NCBI GenBank assembly: GCA_051362555.1
Contig: CM120649.1
Location: 8,184,001-8,248,000, forward strand
Reading direction: 5' to 3'
Length of the DNA: 64,000 bases
DNA from: Lingula anatina
Lineage: Eukaryota; Animalia; Brachiopoda
Below are positions 25,573 through 38,300 of this stretch, piece by piece (positions within the stretch are counted from its first letter, which is position 1; each line of letters opens with the position of its first letter). The notes beneath the pieces are model-generated. The model made no database searches. It was not told the DNA's origin and was given only the letters and a program-made list of their open reading frames with translations. The position numbers and the translations under genes are program-made.

Positions 25573-27270
25573 CTATTTTCCATAACTACCGCCAAGATCA
25601 CGTCTATTCAGACTCCAAACGCTAGCACCAATCACTACACCACTGAGGACAGTTAGGCCTAAGAGTACACCAGAAGCTATAACTGCAGTGTACAATATCA
25701 CATACACCAAGTCCCAGGTCAGCAGTGTACTCCAGCCGTGGTTATCTACAGTGGTCACTTCAGTACACTGGTCAAGACTGACCTTGACCCTGTCCTCCCA
25801 GGACACTCTAGCTACCACACAGATTAAATAAACAGCACCAGGGCTCAGCTTCTTGATAGAGTGGTCATGAACTTCTGGGCTAACCTGTATGCTCACTCGG
25901 TTATTTCGGTTACCTACAGGGTGATAGAGAAGTTCATACCCTATAATATCAATACATCCAAGACAGACCCATTTGATATACACAGATCCATCTTCTTCAG
26001 TCTTTACAGTACGAATAGTCACATCTGAAAGTACAGCTGACCTTTTGACCTCATTGACCTCTTGATGACCTTTGACCTCTTCATTCTTGTTGGCCTCATT
26101 TTGATTGCTGACCCTGTCTTGACCCATTTCTGAAGCACAGCTGAACACCTCATCTCCTAAGACCTCCCATGACTCCCCCTCCAGTTCTCTGGGGGTCATG
26201 CAAGTAGGGTAGAAATCAGTCGAATTCACCCCGTCCAGAAACTTGAGTAAGTATTCTCGCGTATCGAACAACTCCTTCAACCACAGCATTTTACAGTCAC
26301 AATGCAATGGGTTGTGAGACAGAAGAAAGACTTCTATGGGGTAAAGGATGTTCTTGGAGATATCTTCTTGCACGTGGACAATGTTGTTATGGGTAAGATC
26401 TAACCATTCCAACATGGGGAGTCCTCTGGGTATCTCTGTTAGATTATTGTGGCTCAGATACAGATACTGAAGGCTGTGTAAGACTTTATAGGATTTGCTA
26501 CCAATGGCTGATATGGCATTTGCTCTTAAATCTAACACTTGCAACATGTGAAGTCCTTGGAGTGCCTTATCTTTTAAAACTTCAAGTTTGTTTCCTGCAA
26601 GGGATAAATGTCTCAAGGAAGAAAGTTTTAAAAATACTTTTTCTTCTACAAGATTTATCTTGTTATTGTCCAGGTGAAGTCTCCTCAGGTCTGGTAGGAA
26701 AGTGCTGCCCTCTTTTGAATGAAAAGTGGAACCAGACAGGCTGAGGATGGAGTTATTTCTCAGTGACAGCTCCTGTAGTTGCTGCAGATATCTGAAATGT
26801 TTTCCTGTCAACTTTTCTATTACATTGAAACCCAAGTTTAAAGATGTGAGAGACGCAGGGAGTCCATCTGGAAATACACTAAGGTTATTATGGGATAGAT
26901 CTAGGGTTTCCAAGTGTCCATTATTGCACAGCTCAAATACATTCTTCGCCACAAAGCTGATTGCATTGTTGTTGAGGTAGAGTTTCCTCAGTTTGAGGAC
27001 TGCATCACAGGGAAGGGGACCTAAAGTCTCAATTGAGTTGTGATCTAAGTGGATCTCCACAGCATTCACAGGGAACATTTGTGGCACTTGCTCCAAACCC
27101 CTGTGACTGCAGTTGACAAGGAGGCCGTTGCTTAGAGCTGGGGTGTAGCAGAGACAGGTCTCAGGACAGTTGGCTGTTATGTCCTCAGAATCCGTATGCT
27201 CTTTGATACACAGTATGAGCAGCCCAGACAGGAGGATGTGGAAAGTATCCCATGCTGCCTTCACAGCCAT
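25573..27270 (-). CDS. LRR + fibronectin type III single-pass membrane protein (FLRT/ELFN/vasorin-like architecture), ~565 aa, very short tail
   Basis: Signal peptide, LRRNT CPETCLC..VNCS, LRR repeats, LRRCT NPLHCDC..PTCMTP..C, FN3-like segment (IKW..GYELLY..LSPGAVYLICV), hydrophobic TM, then ~13 aa tail. First ATG at 27270. Splice acceptor at 27317-27318, with a probable 5'UTR exon ending at ~28495. Confidence 0.9.
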   Translation of the reverse strand: MAVKAAWDTFHILLSGLLILCIKEHTDSEDITANCPETCLCYTPALSNGLLVNCSHRGLEQVPQMFPVNAVEIHLDHNSIETLGPLPCDAVLKLRKLYLNNNAISFVAKNVFELCNNGHLETLDLSHNNLSVFPDGLPASLTSLNLGFNVIEKLTGKHFRYLQQLQELSLRNNSILSLSGSTFHSKEGSTFLPDLRRLHLDNNKINLVEEKVFLKLSSLRHLSLAGNKLEVLKDKALQGLHMLQVLDLRANAISAIGSKSYKVLHSLQYLYLSHNNLTEIPRGLPMLEWLDLTHNNIVHVQEDISKNILYPIEVFLLSHNPLHCDCKMLWLKELFDTREYLLKFLDGVNSTDFYPTCMTPRELEGESWEVLGDEVFSCASEMGQDRVSNQNEANKNEEVKGHQEVNEVKRSAVLSDVTIRTVKTEEDGSVYIKWVCLGCIDIIGYELLYHPVGNRNNRVSIQVSPEVHDHSIKKLSPGAVYLICVVARVSWEDRVKVSLDQCTEVTTVDNHGWSTLLTWDLVYVILYTAVIASGVLLGLTVLSGVVIGASVWSLNRRDLGGSYGK

Positions 27271-27942
27271 TGGGGCCAATGTGCAGGAAGACTAGTTGAT
27301 CACCTTTGTAATTTACCTAAAAGACAAGAAACAAAATATAAGTAACAAAGTAAAGAATTTCTTAAAGTTACATATTTAAATAAAAGTCATATCCTTGCAA
27401 TTAAACCCAACCAAATGCCACCAAGTTTCAAATTGCATAACTGAAATAATTCCAATGGATATCGTCTCATACAAGTACCTTCACAGAAAGGTTACTTGAA
27501 CACGTTTTCCACTATCTTTCTGTGCAATGAGCCTTGGTCATGCAAACCAACCGTTATTTAAATATTCAAGCTACATGTATGTTGCACATACAATCACATC
27601 ATACAAGATAAGATAAGATAATAAGATAAGAGTTTATTCTGCCATTAATATACAGATTAAAATGCAAGGACATTGGATTGCTATTCAGGTAAAATGTATA
27701 AAGTTAAAGGTAACAATAAAGTTGCTAAAAACATAGTTGCCAAAAATTCTATTTTTGTTGTTGAAATGAGAGACAGCAGATGGGTAACAGCTCTTTAAAA
27801 ATCTTTTGGATCCTTTTAAAATTAAAAGTCTACTTGATAAGAAATTAAAAAATTTGTTCAGGGTGGGTACAGTCAGAGATAATATTTCCTGGTTTTTGCT
27901 TGTAATTTTTCTGTGTAATCGACACTTACAGAGCGGAGATCC

Positions 27943-28041
27943 CACCCTGAGCTTCAGAGATAACTTTACACTAACCTCTTCATGATGAAGATAGGCTAAA
28001 GTGAAGAGGTTAGTGTCAAGTTATCTCTGAAGCTCAGGGTG
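27943..28041. mobile_element. 99-bp hairpin MITE with 8-bp TSD GGAGATCC
   Basis: Arms CACCCTGAGCTTCAGAGATAACTT.ACACTAACCTCTTCA are nearly perfectly inverted; GGAGATCC at 27935-27942 and 28042-28049. Confidence 0.85.
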
Positions 28042-28489
28042 GGAGATCCAGACCAGAGAGATCAGTATGTGCTAGTACTTTCATTACTGTGTTATTTGGA
28101 GGACTTTTACTAACTGGGAGATGGATAAATAGGTCAAGTTTACAGCCAGAAATATGAAGAAAGTGTAGTTTTATTATTATTATTATTATTATTTTAAATT
28201 AATTTTTCTTTCTTTCTTTCTTTATTTATTTATTTTTGTTTTGACCCAATGATTTATTTGGTTTTATTCTTTGGTATGTTATACTTGAATTAATTTGAGT
28301 TGTAAAAGAAACTTGCACAGAAGTAGTTTCAATTCATAAATACCTTGATCAAGTGTAAGACTTCACATGATAGAAGAACAACAAGTATTAAATTATCTCT
28401 GTACAAAGCAATTGGTTTTTCCTGTCGATTCAGTGCACATCTTAAATGAACAAAAATTTCCTGCACCAATCTTTAAATGCGGTAGGGAA

Positions 28490-29398
28490 CTCACGTTTTG
28501 TTCATGACAGTTGAATTCTCAATTTCACTTCCAGTCTTAGTACGTGTCGCATAACATGTTCCATGTTGGGAATATATTAATTCTAAATGGCCATTATCAG
28601 TTTTCAGGTCACAGTTTCCCAAAGTTGTTTTTAAACTAGAAGATATTGCAAAATAGTCTTTTGAGCACAAGAACCATGGTGTATACATAAAATTGCAAGA
28701 TATTTAACATGCAAGAGTTAAATCTTTAAAAAGAAGAGAAACGGTGCGTTTTACCTACATAAATTGCTCCCTGTTGGCAAGCTTCCGTGTTAATAAGCGT
28801 GCTTTACGGGCGCAGACATATTTAATCCGGGTCCCGTGACCCAAATATTTTTGTTATTATGGGATGCATTTATTTATTTCCAAATATTATGCATGTGCAA
28901 CCATTTTGCAACTAACAGAAAAACATCAACGAATACTGATGGTCATATAAATGAAAGGCAACCATCATTCCTTGCATAAACACAGAGAATAAGCAAAAAA
29001 TTCGAAAAAATGATGAATAGTCAGGAGCAGCCACTGTCAATCACCATTGCTTTCGCCAACTAATTTCTTGTTGATGAAAGTAACGTGGTATTGTTTGGGT
29101 CGGTATCATATAAACAGATGTTATTTGCTTATGTCGTAGAATTAAAAGTTATGCTTGAAGAATCACTGCAAAATATATATATGAGCGTACAAACAAAACG
29201 ATTGCTCCCCTTAAAACTGACCAATCAGCGTTCAATGGCGGCAGTGGTCACGTGGCTTAGTATGTACTGCCGTGAAGCAGTGCATAAAAGGCGAACGACT
29301 GGAAGACAAGGGAAATATATTCGGCCGTCCAAGGCCAGTCAGAGTCTTAGGTTACTCAAATTTGGTACCAAATGATTCTTTAGAACCTCATCTAAAGA
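28490..29398. promoter_or_regulatory. Bidirectional promoter region between the LRR-FN3 gene (-) and INTS6 (+)
   Basis: CpG-richer than the flanking gene bodies. CCAATCAG at 29221, YY1-like AATGGCGGC at 29235, E-box GTCACGTG at ~29247 before the INTS6 ATG; ETS-like GGAAGTG on - at ~28526-28532 within the likely first exon of the LRR gene (donor gtgagt at 28489-28494). Confidence 0.65.
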
Positions 29399-32300
29399 AT
29401 GACAATCATCCTTTTTCTCATCGACACAAGTGGGTCGATGAATCAACGCACGTATTTGGGGACCACATTGCTAGATGTAACAAAGGGGGCAGTGGAAAAT
29501 TTTATGAAGGTACGCGTTTTAAATAGAAAACAAGACCGATTTCACTCCCTTAATAGATAGACGAGAGTTAAAAGCTTATGTTCCTTTTCTTTCACAGATT
29601 AGATCGCGAGACCCAGCCTGCAGGGGCGACCGATACATGCTGTTGACCTTCGAAGACCCGCCAGCCAACGTCAAGGTACCAATTTATTTCAATAATCTTC
29701 CTTTAGAACGGGGTTATCGACGTAAAGCCGGCGTGGTCTTGTCAAAGCCATATCCGTGAAAGTATTCCATATAAAGTGGACACAATTGGCTTCATATTAT
29801 CATTGAAATTTGAGGTTTTCGACAGCAGATTGTCCCCGCCGCTTGTCGACGCCATTTTCCACGATGGCTTGTAGGGGATTGTGGGAAATGTTGGCTAATG
29901 AATATTCATGACGTCAATCAGTTTCCTGGCCAGTGGCAAGCGTTTCGTTTTTTAAGTTGACTAAATGTGACAAATGTGTTCAATATTTTTTTATTTAATG
30001 CTAAATAATTTATAAAAAAATAAATGTATTGTTATCAGTTGTTTTTCTTGGACCATTGAAGTTGAAAACTGCATTAATTATTTTAACATAAAAATGTTAT
30101 TATTATTTTTAACTTTAAATATTATTATTAGAGTTAGATCTATGTTACTTTTTCATCCACATGATGTTATATGTACAGGATACGAAATAGAAAGCACCTT
30201 GAGAACATGCTCCGTATATTGATTATTGACCATTTTCTTTTATGGTGCACACAATATACAGCCATTCAGTGACATACATATATATATATATGCATTTACA
30301 TGTCAAGATTGATTCATTACAATTACACAACAGGCAGGATGGAAAGAAAGCCATGCCACTTTTATTCATGAGTTGAAGAATTTGGAAGCCTTTGGCCTTA
30401 CGTCTATGGGGACATCACTCAAGTATGCATTTGACTTGCTTAATGTGAACAGGATACAGTCTGGGGTGGACAACTACGGACAGGTCAGTGTCACTTTTAA
30501 CCATTTTTACACATAAAAAGACTTAAGAAGACATACAAGACTTAAAGTGAATGTTGCAGTTAAAGAACAGAAAATAAGTGGTAAATTTTACTGTTTCTCT
30601 CTTATGTTTATGTTATATATCTTGATTTCAGGGAAGATGTCCATTTTTTATGGAACCTGCTGTGATAATCTGCTTTACTGATGGAAAGAAGTTGACAAGT
30701 TCTATAGGAGCCCAGACTGAGGTATGGCACTCACTCTCTGGCTGAAAACACTTCTGACCCAAATCAAACATTTAAAAACTACATTGATGATTACTTTAAC
30801 TAGAAATCAGTGAAATATTTTTTATATTTTCCTAAGCCAAATTTAAACATAATATGATATAGCATTTGGATAAAATTGCCTTATTTAATCCCATCCCAGA
30901 CTGAATGTTTAGGCCATTTTGTATGAATTGGTATCGAATTAAAAAGAAGCATTTGCAAGTGAGAATTAAGTGGAGCGCTATAATTATAATTATATCTTTT
31001 TAGAATGTAGATTACAAAACCATTAAATATCAGGTGCAAATAAAGATCCCAATAAATATTTTGTATTAACCAACTGAGATAAGTTATAATAATATACTAT
31101 AATTATTTTTATATTATTATGAGAATTTCTCTCCTGCTCATGATTCTAGTTGAATCTCCCTATGAATAACTTGGTGCCAGGAAGCGAGCTGACGAGGGAG
31201 CCTTTTCGCTGGGATCAGCGCCTCTATGGTATCGTACTTCGTATGCCAGCCACACCTCCCCCAGAGAGTGCGCTGCAGGGATTGTCGTACATTCATTCTG
31301 CGGAGGACTCCCTCATTGATGAGATGTGTGAAGTGACAGGGGGTAAGTTTGGGGGTAGGAGGATACGGTAGATTTTTTTTTCTTCTTTTTTTTTTTCAAC
31401 TTGGAGGGGATAGTCTGAAGTATTTTGAGAAGTTAATTCAATCTGCTGCATGTCTAGAAAGTAATAGTTTGTTAGAATGAAGCCCAAAAATATTTTTAAA
31501 GACAGTCTCAGCGCGTTAAACCCTTAAAATAGCACGAAAATGAATTTTCCTGGAAAACTCACCAATTTCCCCATAATGACCAAGGTATATCCTATCCAAA
31601 ACCGTTCAGAAAATGAAGCTACCTAATACCGTTTTTAAGTTCCATTTAATAATAAAAGACGACTCGTCTTAAATACTCAGCTACCACCTCACAGTACGGC
31701 TTCAGAACGCGCAATTTCTCGCTAAGTCTCGCGGTTTACTATGAATGAAGTACTACGGCTGGGACCCGGATGTTACTATTTGGCGCCAAAACAGCAAACA
31801 TGGCTCAGACGCGCGTCAAGTCTGAACAGGAGAGCGACAAAAGGGGGCGAAAGAAAATAGCCACTCCAGTTCGAAAGATACGAAAGAAAATAAGAGACAG
31901 ACGAAGAAGCACTCAGACTGTGTATGTTGGGAGGGAGGTGGGGCGGTGGAGGACACTTAAAGCTGAGTTAGGACTCACATACGAGGCAATGGCGAAACTA
32001 CTCCTCGACACGTGAGTATGCGCTTCACAGGTCTCAAGTGTGTCTGATTATCATATTATCCTGTTCACAATAAATGACAATATCTGTGCTCATACAAAGT
32101 TGGTTACGTGTATAAGAGCGTTTTGGGCTTTACGTTTTCTGTTTTTGGTCGGTACATGTACCGAAAAGATGGACAGGCGGCACTTACATGTCTTACAAGT
32201 TTCGCTGTGTAGTCGTGACGTCTATCTCATTCTGACTGAAGCCTGCTGTGATTGGTCGTAAGCGTGGGAAAATCGAGGTCGTGACCTTCAGCCAGAAGTA

Positions 32301-35300
32301 CTTCTGGCTGTGCTCCGAAATCATGATAAATAGTTTTCGTTTTCTAATTCTTTATTCTAGTTGTCTTAACAGGACTTTTGTGACCCAGACTTATTCATAT
32401 AATAATAAACAATCTCCCAAAACACAAATCTGATCAAAGTTTTACATACAACCTGCTTCTATACATTAATCTAACCCACTGAGTTGTCCTTTAATGGTTT
32501 CGATTTTTAATCATATGCATGTGAATGATTTGGTATTTTGAATTATTGACTGAATTTTTTTCATCCAGGTTAGTGATATTTTGAATCTTATATATATATT
32601 TTTTTTTTCATTAAATTCATATTTATTTTCAGGTCGTTCTTACTGTATCTCCAATCACCGTATGTTGGTCCAGTGCCTGGAGTCTGTCGTTCAGAAAGTG
32701 CAGCCAGGAGTTGTGATAAATTTTGAGAAGATTGGCGCAGACCCAAGTCCTGTGAATACAGAGGGTAACAATCTGATTATCTTCAGAATAGGTTGGAGAA
32801 TTACCTCTGTGACAATATTTTTATGAATTTTATTAAATCGGTGCATAATTTTGAGTAAGCCATATCGAAATATAGAACTGTCTCTGTGATGGAGCTAGAA
32901 ACTTTTGTTGTCTATTTATGGTTTGGTACATTTGATGACATTTTTGGTTTAGCTGAGACTAGTTGTTAAGAACAAAACTTCTTCAAAGATGCTTTTCAAT
33001 TTTTCAGCAAAATTAGAAAATGGTCAGGATGCAACAAAAGGTAAATGGTTCATTTGCTTAATTCTTGACATCTGATCTCTTTGAATCACTTGTGCTTTTG
33101 ACCCATCCCCATATTGAGTGAAACACAGAAATCTTTTGTAATACTTGCTACAAGCATGGTATATTGAGGAAAGTGTTAGGATTCTGATTCTCACTCCAAT
33201 AGTGAATTCTTTATCTCATCCTTGCAACTGGAATTTCATTTTCAACCCTGAATTTTGTAACTTTAAATAAACCAAACCCATTTCATTTTTGAGAAGGGGA
33301 AGGAATATTTAATCTGAAAGTACAGAATAGGAGAGACACATTTTTACATATAATTTTCTTTCTCCATGTAGAAAATCTGGACAGCAATATGCTTGACGTG
33401 CGCAACCCAGTACCAGAAGAAAAGCGACGTTCCCAGACCCCCACCAACGCTAACAATGCCTGGCAGAACTGCCGCAGGCTGATCTATGTCCACAGGTCCG
33501 CACAAAAAGGATATATGATTGGTCATTGGCCCATTCCAGAGAACTTTTGGCCCGACCTGAACAGTCCCACCTTGGTAAGTGTAATCAGTTGAAATCTGAC
33601 AGGCATTCAAAAGATCCTTGAAAGTTTGGTTATTTCTAGCTTATTAGTCCACTTTTTCAGCAAAAAAAAAATGGCACTGGTTTTGTAATGCACTCAAAAT
33701 TGATACTGAAGATGTTTTTTCAAACACCAGCTAAATTCTTGCTGAACACTGAAATAAAGGAAACCTTTTAACAGGAGCTGCATCCACTCAGCATTAGTTT
33801 GAAGAAACTATGAAAAATGTTGACTATTCCCAAATATAAGTTTTTAAAAAAATTTTTGTTTCAGACCCCACGGTCAGCCCACCCTAATGTGAAGTTTTCC
33901 TGTACCCCCTGTGATCCTATGGCTGTCGAGAATTTCCCCTTTGATAAATACGAGTTGGAACCGTCCCCTCTGACACAGTACATCCTGGAGAGGAGACAGC
34001 CAAATGCTTGCTGGCAGGTAAAATATGAATGATATATTAATGTTTAAAAAATAAAAATGTGAATAATTATAATTTATAATAAATCAGTCATTATAAACTA
34101 CACACATAGTGTTGTTAAATGATCTGTCTGTCATTCCTCTAGTATCATAACAGTTAAAAAAAGGTACTACTAGATGAATTTATTAATGTGTGCCCCACTG
34201 AAAATACATACTAAAATCTGTCACCAGCACAAAAAAGATTTAATTTGTTTTTATATAGTTGTTATTCCATTATGTTTCAATGCCCTCATTTCTCCTGTAG
34301 TTAAATGTAGATTTATTTACTTTTGTCTCTTTTTGTTTGAATAAATCATTGAAAATAACACTTCAATGTCCTAATTGTCCCTGTTATACATTGCAGGTGT
34401 TTGTAAGCAATAGTGCCAAATACAGCGACATTGGTCATCCGTTTGGCTATCTAAAGCCCAGTAGTAATCTCACCATGGTCAATCTGATAGTGATGCCATA
34501 CAACTACCCAGTGTTGCTGCCTCTACTTGGTAAGTGAGCAGCTGTTGTGTGCTTTCATGCATAATGCATATGTCTGTTAGTGTGAGAGAGAGAGAGAGGT
34601 TGATAGTACGAATTATGTTAATTTGTGGAAATGCATGTTTACGCTGCAGTTGATCTAGAAAGGATTCCACAGAATTTTTCTTTCAGTTAAAAAGGGTAAT
34701 TTAGTGTTTGGTTTAAAAAAATGAAAAGATAACATTTCAAAATCTGTACTTCTTTCTTAATAGTGAATTTTCAGTGTGGTGGAGTAAGTTTTATCAAATT
34801 TGACAGAGAAATTTTAATAATACCTGGTATGCAAGGTTTTAGTATTTTTACGTCCTTGTTATGTGATGTTTTCCTGCAGAAGATCTATTCAAAGTCCACA
34901 AACTGAAACCTAACCAAAGATGGCGGCAGCAGTTTGACAACTATCTCAAAACCATGCCAGTGTACTATGCAGGGGTAAGTGGTGGCATTTTCAGAGTGTT
35001 CGGGAATGTTTACTTCCTACCCTCCCCCCACCCCCACCCCCCTCTTGTCTTTTCAACTGCTGTCCTCTCTTCAGTAAAAGCTGTATCCAAAGTTAAAAAA
35101 TGGGCAGTCTAAATTTGGGGAAAGATTTAATAACTATGTGATGTCTAGCCAGGAAACAAGAGACATTTTATCTGTAGTAGACTTTCTTGTGCCAAATCCA
35201 TTATCATTTCTTGCCTTTTCTTGGAACTGTATTGCCGATTGATTAGAATCTCTGTAAATCCAGACAGTCTGGCATTGTGTGGCAACTGAAATGCATTACT

Positions 35301-38300
35301 AGCTTATGTCATTTATTTTTAGAACTTTGCAAAAACAAAGTGATTTGATTATTATTTTTTTTACAAGGAAACGACTTTCAGATAAGGTCTGTTTATTTTA
35401 GAAACTTGTACATTGCCATGAAGTTTTTCAGTTATTTATTTTGACACTACAATAAAATTAGTTGGAAATACCTCAGTTAATCGACAATTTTATATTTTTA
35501 TTTAAAAGTTTTAGTTGTATGTGGTTAGGGTGTTCAGTAATGTTCAAACTTTATGATAGCAAATTTAAATCAATCAAATATATCCCTTATTCTAGGCAAA
35601 ACTTTTTTCATCTAAATTAGTAGTTATTTGTCAACACTTGTCTCAAAAAAATAAAAAATGAGATAAAATAGCAGCCCTCATTTGTATATTATAGCCACTG
35701 CGGAGAGCTCTTAGTCGTATGGGTGTTCCCAACCTCGTACCCGAGAACATGGAAAACTGTCTTAGCTACAGCGTCATTTCCTACCTCAAGAAACTGAAGA
35801 ACCAGGCCAAGCAGGATTACGACCGTCTGGTAGCCTCTGTTGGACAGAAAATACCTCTGCATGAAGGAATCAAAGTACAGTCAAGGTGAGGCTTGGGATA
35901 AAATTAATAGATTGCTAATTTTAAAATAATTTTATTTCATTAAAAGAGTGCTTGCAGCCAAAGGTTAAAACTAGAGGCAGATTTCATTTTTACTGTTAGA
36001 TATTCAGCATTCTGTGTGATTGTCATTAGATTTTAAAATATGATTGAGGAAAAGATGATAGAAAACCATGATTAAGTTTTGCTTTAAAAAGTTGAAATAA
36101 GATTATAATTATTACATCAAGTATTGCGTTTTTCTTTACTATTATGGTTCCAGGTTGAAAGCAAATGCTCAAACTTCTGAATCAATTATTGTCAAATAAG
36201 CAGGCCAAACTGTTATTCTGTATTATTATTAAGATCATATTTTAATCAGTGGAATTAACTTATTGTGCTCTACTCACTAGGTCCCAGACGTCACTTTTAG
36301 AGCGGAAGGACCTGCAGCAGTTAATGCAACATTACGGGGGCTCTATCTCTGTGCTGAAGGAACAGCTCAGTGAATACAGTGGCTTCAGTCTGGGTGTTCC
36401 TGACAGAGATATTAAACCACAGATGTATAGGTATGCTGGGCTGCCTGCTCTACTTCTTACATAGAATAAAAAATTTGCATTTTCAAAATGTTTTTGAGAA
36501 AAAGAGGGTCTTGGAATGAAAGGCAATATATATTTTTTTCAACTGGAAGCTTGACTTTTTCTTTAATTCTATATACTTTAGATTAAACCTATTATATCAT
36601 GTAAAAATAATAGATAAATGATCAATAAAGAATTAATAGATAAATAAATATGTAAATCAGTATTTAAAAATGGCCACATTTATTAAGTGTCCATTAATTC
36701 ATCCTCTTATTTATTCTTTTCTCTCATCAAAGTGCATGTCTAATGACCTGTCTCTCTTTCTCACTCTCTCACATCATTATCAGTTCAAGAAAAAAAATTC
36801 AGCCACAAGTCTGTTTACAGTATTTGCCAATAACCCCAAAGCCACAGCTCTTGTGCCTAAATAGTGACAATGAGCCGTCCATGTTTGGGGAAAGATTGAA
36901 ACCAGTCTGGGCAGGAAGCAAGACTGTTCTATACTTTGACTTTCTTGTGCCAAAACCCCGGATACAAATTCAGTCAAGAAAATAAAATATCATGTATGCA
37001 TGAGAAAATCTCATAGTAAAGCCTAATTTTGCTGTTAATATATTCATTTGATATTGTCAGTCTGATAATCAATATTATTAATTCAACACCAGTTGTATGT
37101 TTTCAGCCAGAGAATTTGATAAGTTTTTGTATGCAGACAAAGTATTTATATAAAGTTTACATTTAATAAAAGATAAAATGTCATTTCAGGAATCCTTTTG
37201 ACATACCAAGGACAGATCTTCTCGATCAAATATCCCGGATGCGTGCCAATTATTTACAGCCCTCACCAACGGGCACCCGCCTCGTGGATGACGGTAAGTA
37301 CCAACAGCAGAATTGATACTTTGCCCTAAAAAATGTTTTGTTACTTATACTGGTGGTTAGAGATTTTTGATTTTTTTATTTTGCTAGGTGCATGAAATGT
37401 TCACATTACTTAACATGATCAGTGAATCCCCATCCTTGTAACTCGTGAATGCAGCTTTGTATTCTTCGCCCTTCTTGAAATGAAGTCATTATATTTGGTG
37501 ATTCCTGATTTTCAGGGTTTTCGCTTTGCTCTATCAGTGAGACATGAATGAAGTTTTATTTACTGTGAATTGAGGATTTTATTTCTCCTGAACTGTGATC
37601 ACTACACCCCCTCCCCCCCTCCAGTAGAACCCTGTATTAACAGTATTGGTCAACATCGTGTTCTTTTTCCAGATCAAATGCACAGCATACCAGTCCAAGA
37701 GATGGGCAACTACCAGGAATATCTGAAGAAGGCCCCGCAGCCGCTGAGAGAGATTGACACACAACCTGTCAGGTTACATATGTTTGGAAATCCCTTCAAA
37801 GTTAATAAAGTGAGTACAACTAGGGTTTACTTGTGGATATTTGGCTAACTTAAATGTCACAGCCACTTGGTGTTTGTAAGTGTAGAGAGTTTTCCCTGTG
37901 AGTTGTCCAGCCGTCATTTAGATGACCTCTGGCCTATATTTTCAAATACAGCTGGACATGAATTTTTTAGAGGGTGATGATACATTTGTAGTTAGATTAC
38001 CTGTAAATTGATGGCCAAAATACAGATCAACATTTTGGACTTCCTGTACTCCAATTCCTGGGGAAACTCCTGGTGAAGGGTTATGGATAGGGGTAAATAC
38101 AGAGAGAGGGAGAGGGGTGAATACAGAGAGTGAGAGATTTTAGTACATTATATTGTAGCCATTAACTGTAGCACTGCTATAATGTCACTAGGGGTTTGAC
38201 CATATGTATCTATTCTGTTAGATCTATCCTCTTTTATTTTATTCATTATATATGTTCTCCCCACAGAATATAATGATAGACGAAGCAGATGAGGCAATGC

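Noticed and set aside
27287-27297. 11-nt complement to miR-7 in the LRR gene leader; similar partial matches to miR-31 (4030, 8044) and miR-279 (~9152)
   Set aside because: Matches of this length are expected by chance over many miRNAs, and there is no convincing precursor hairpin.
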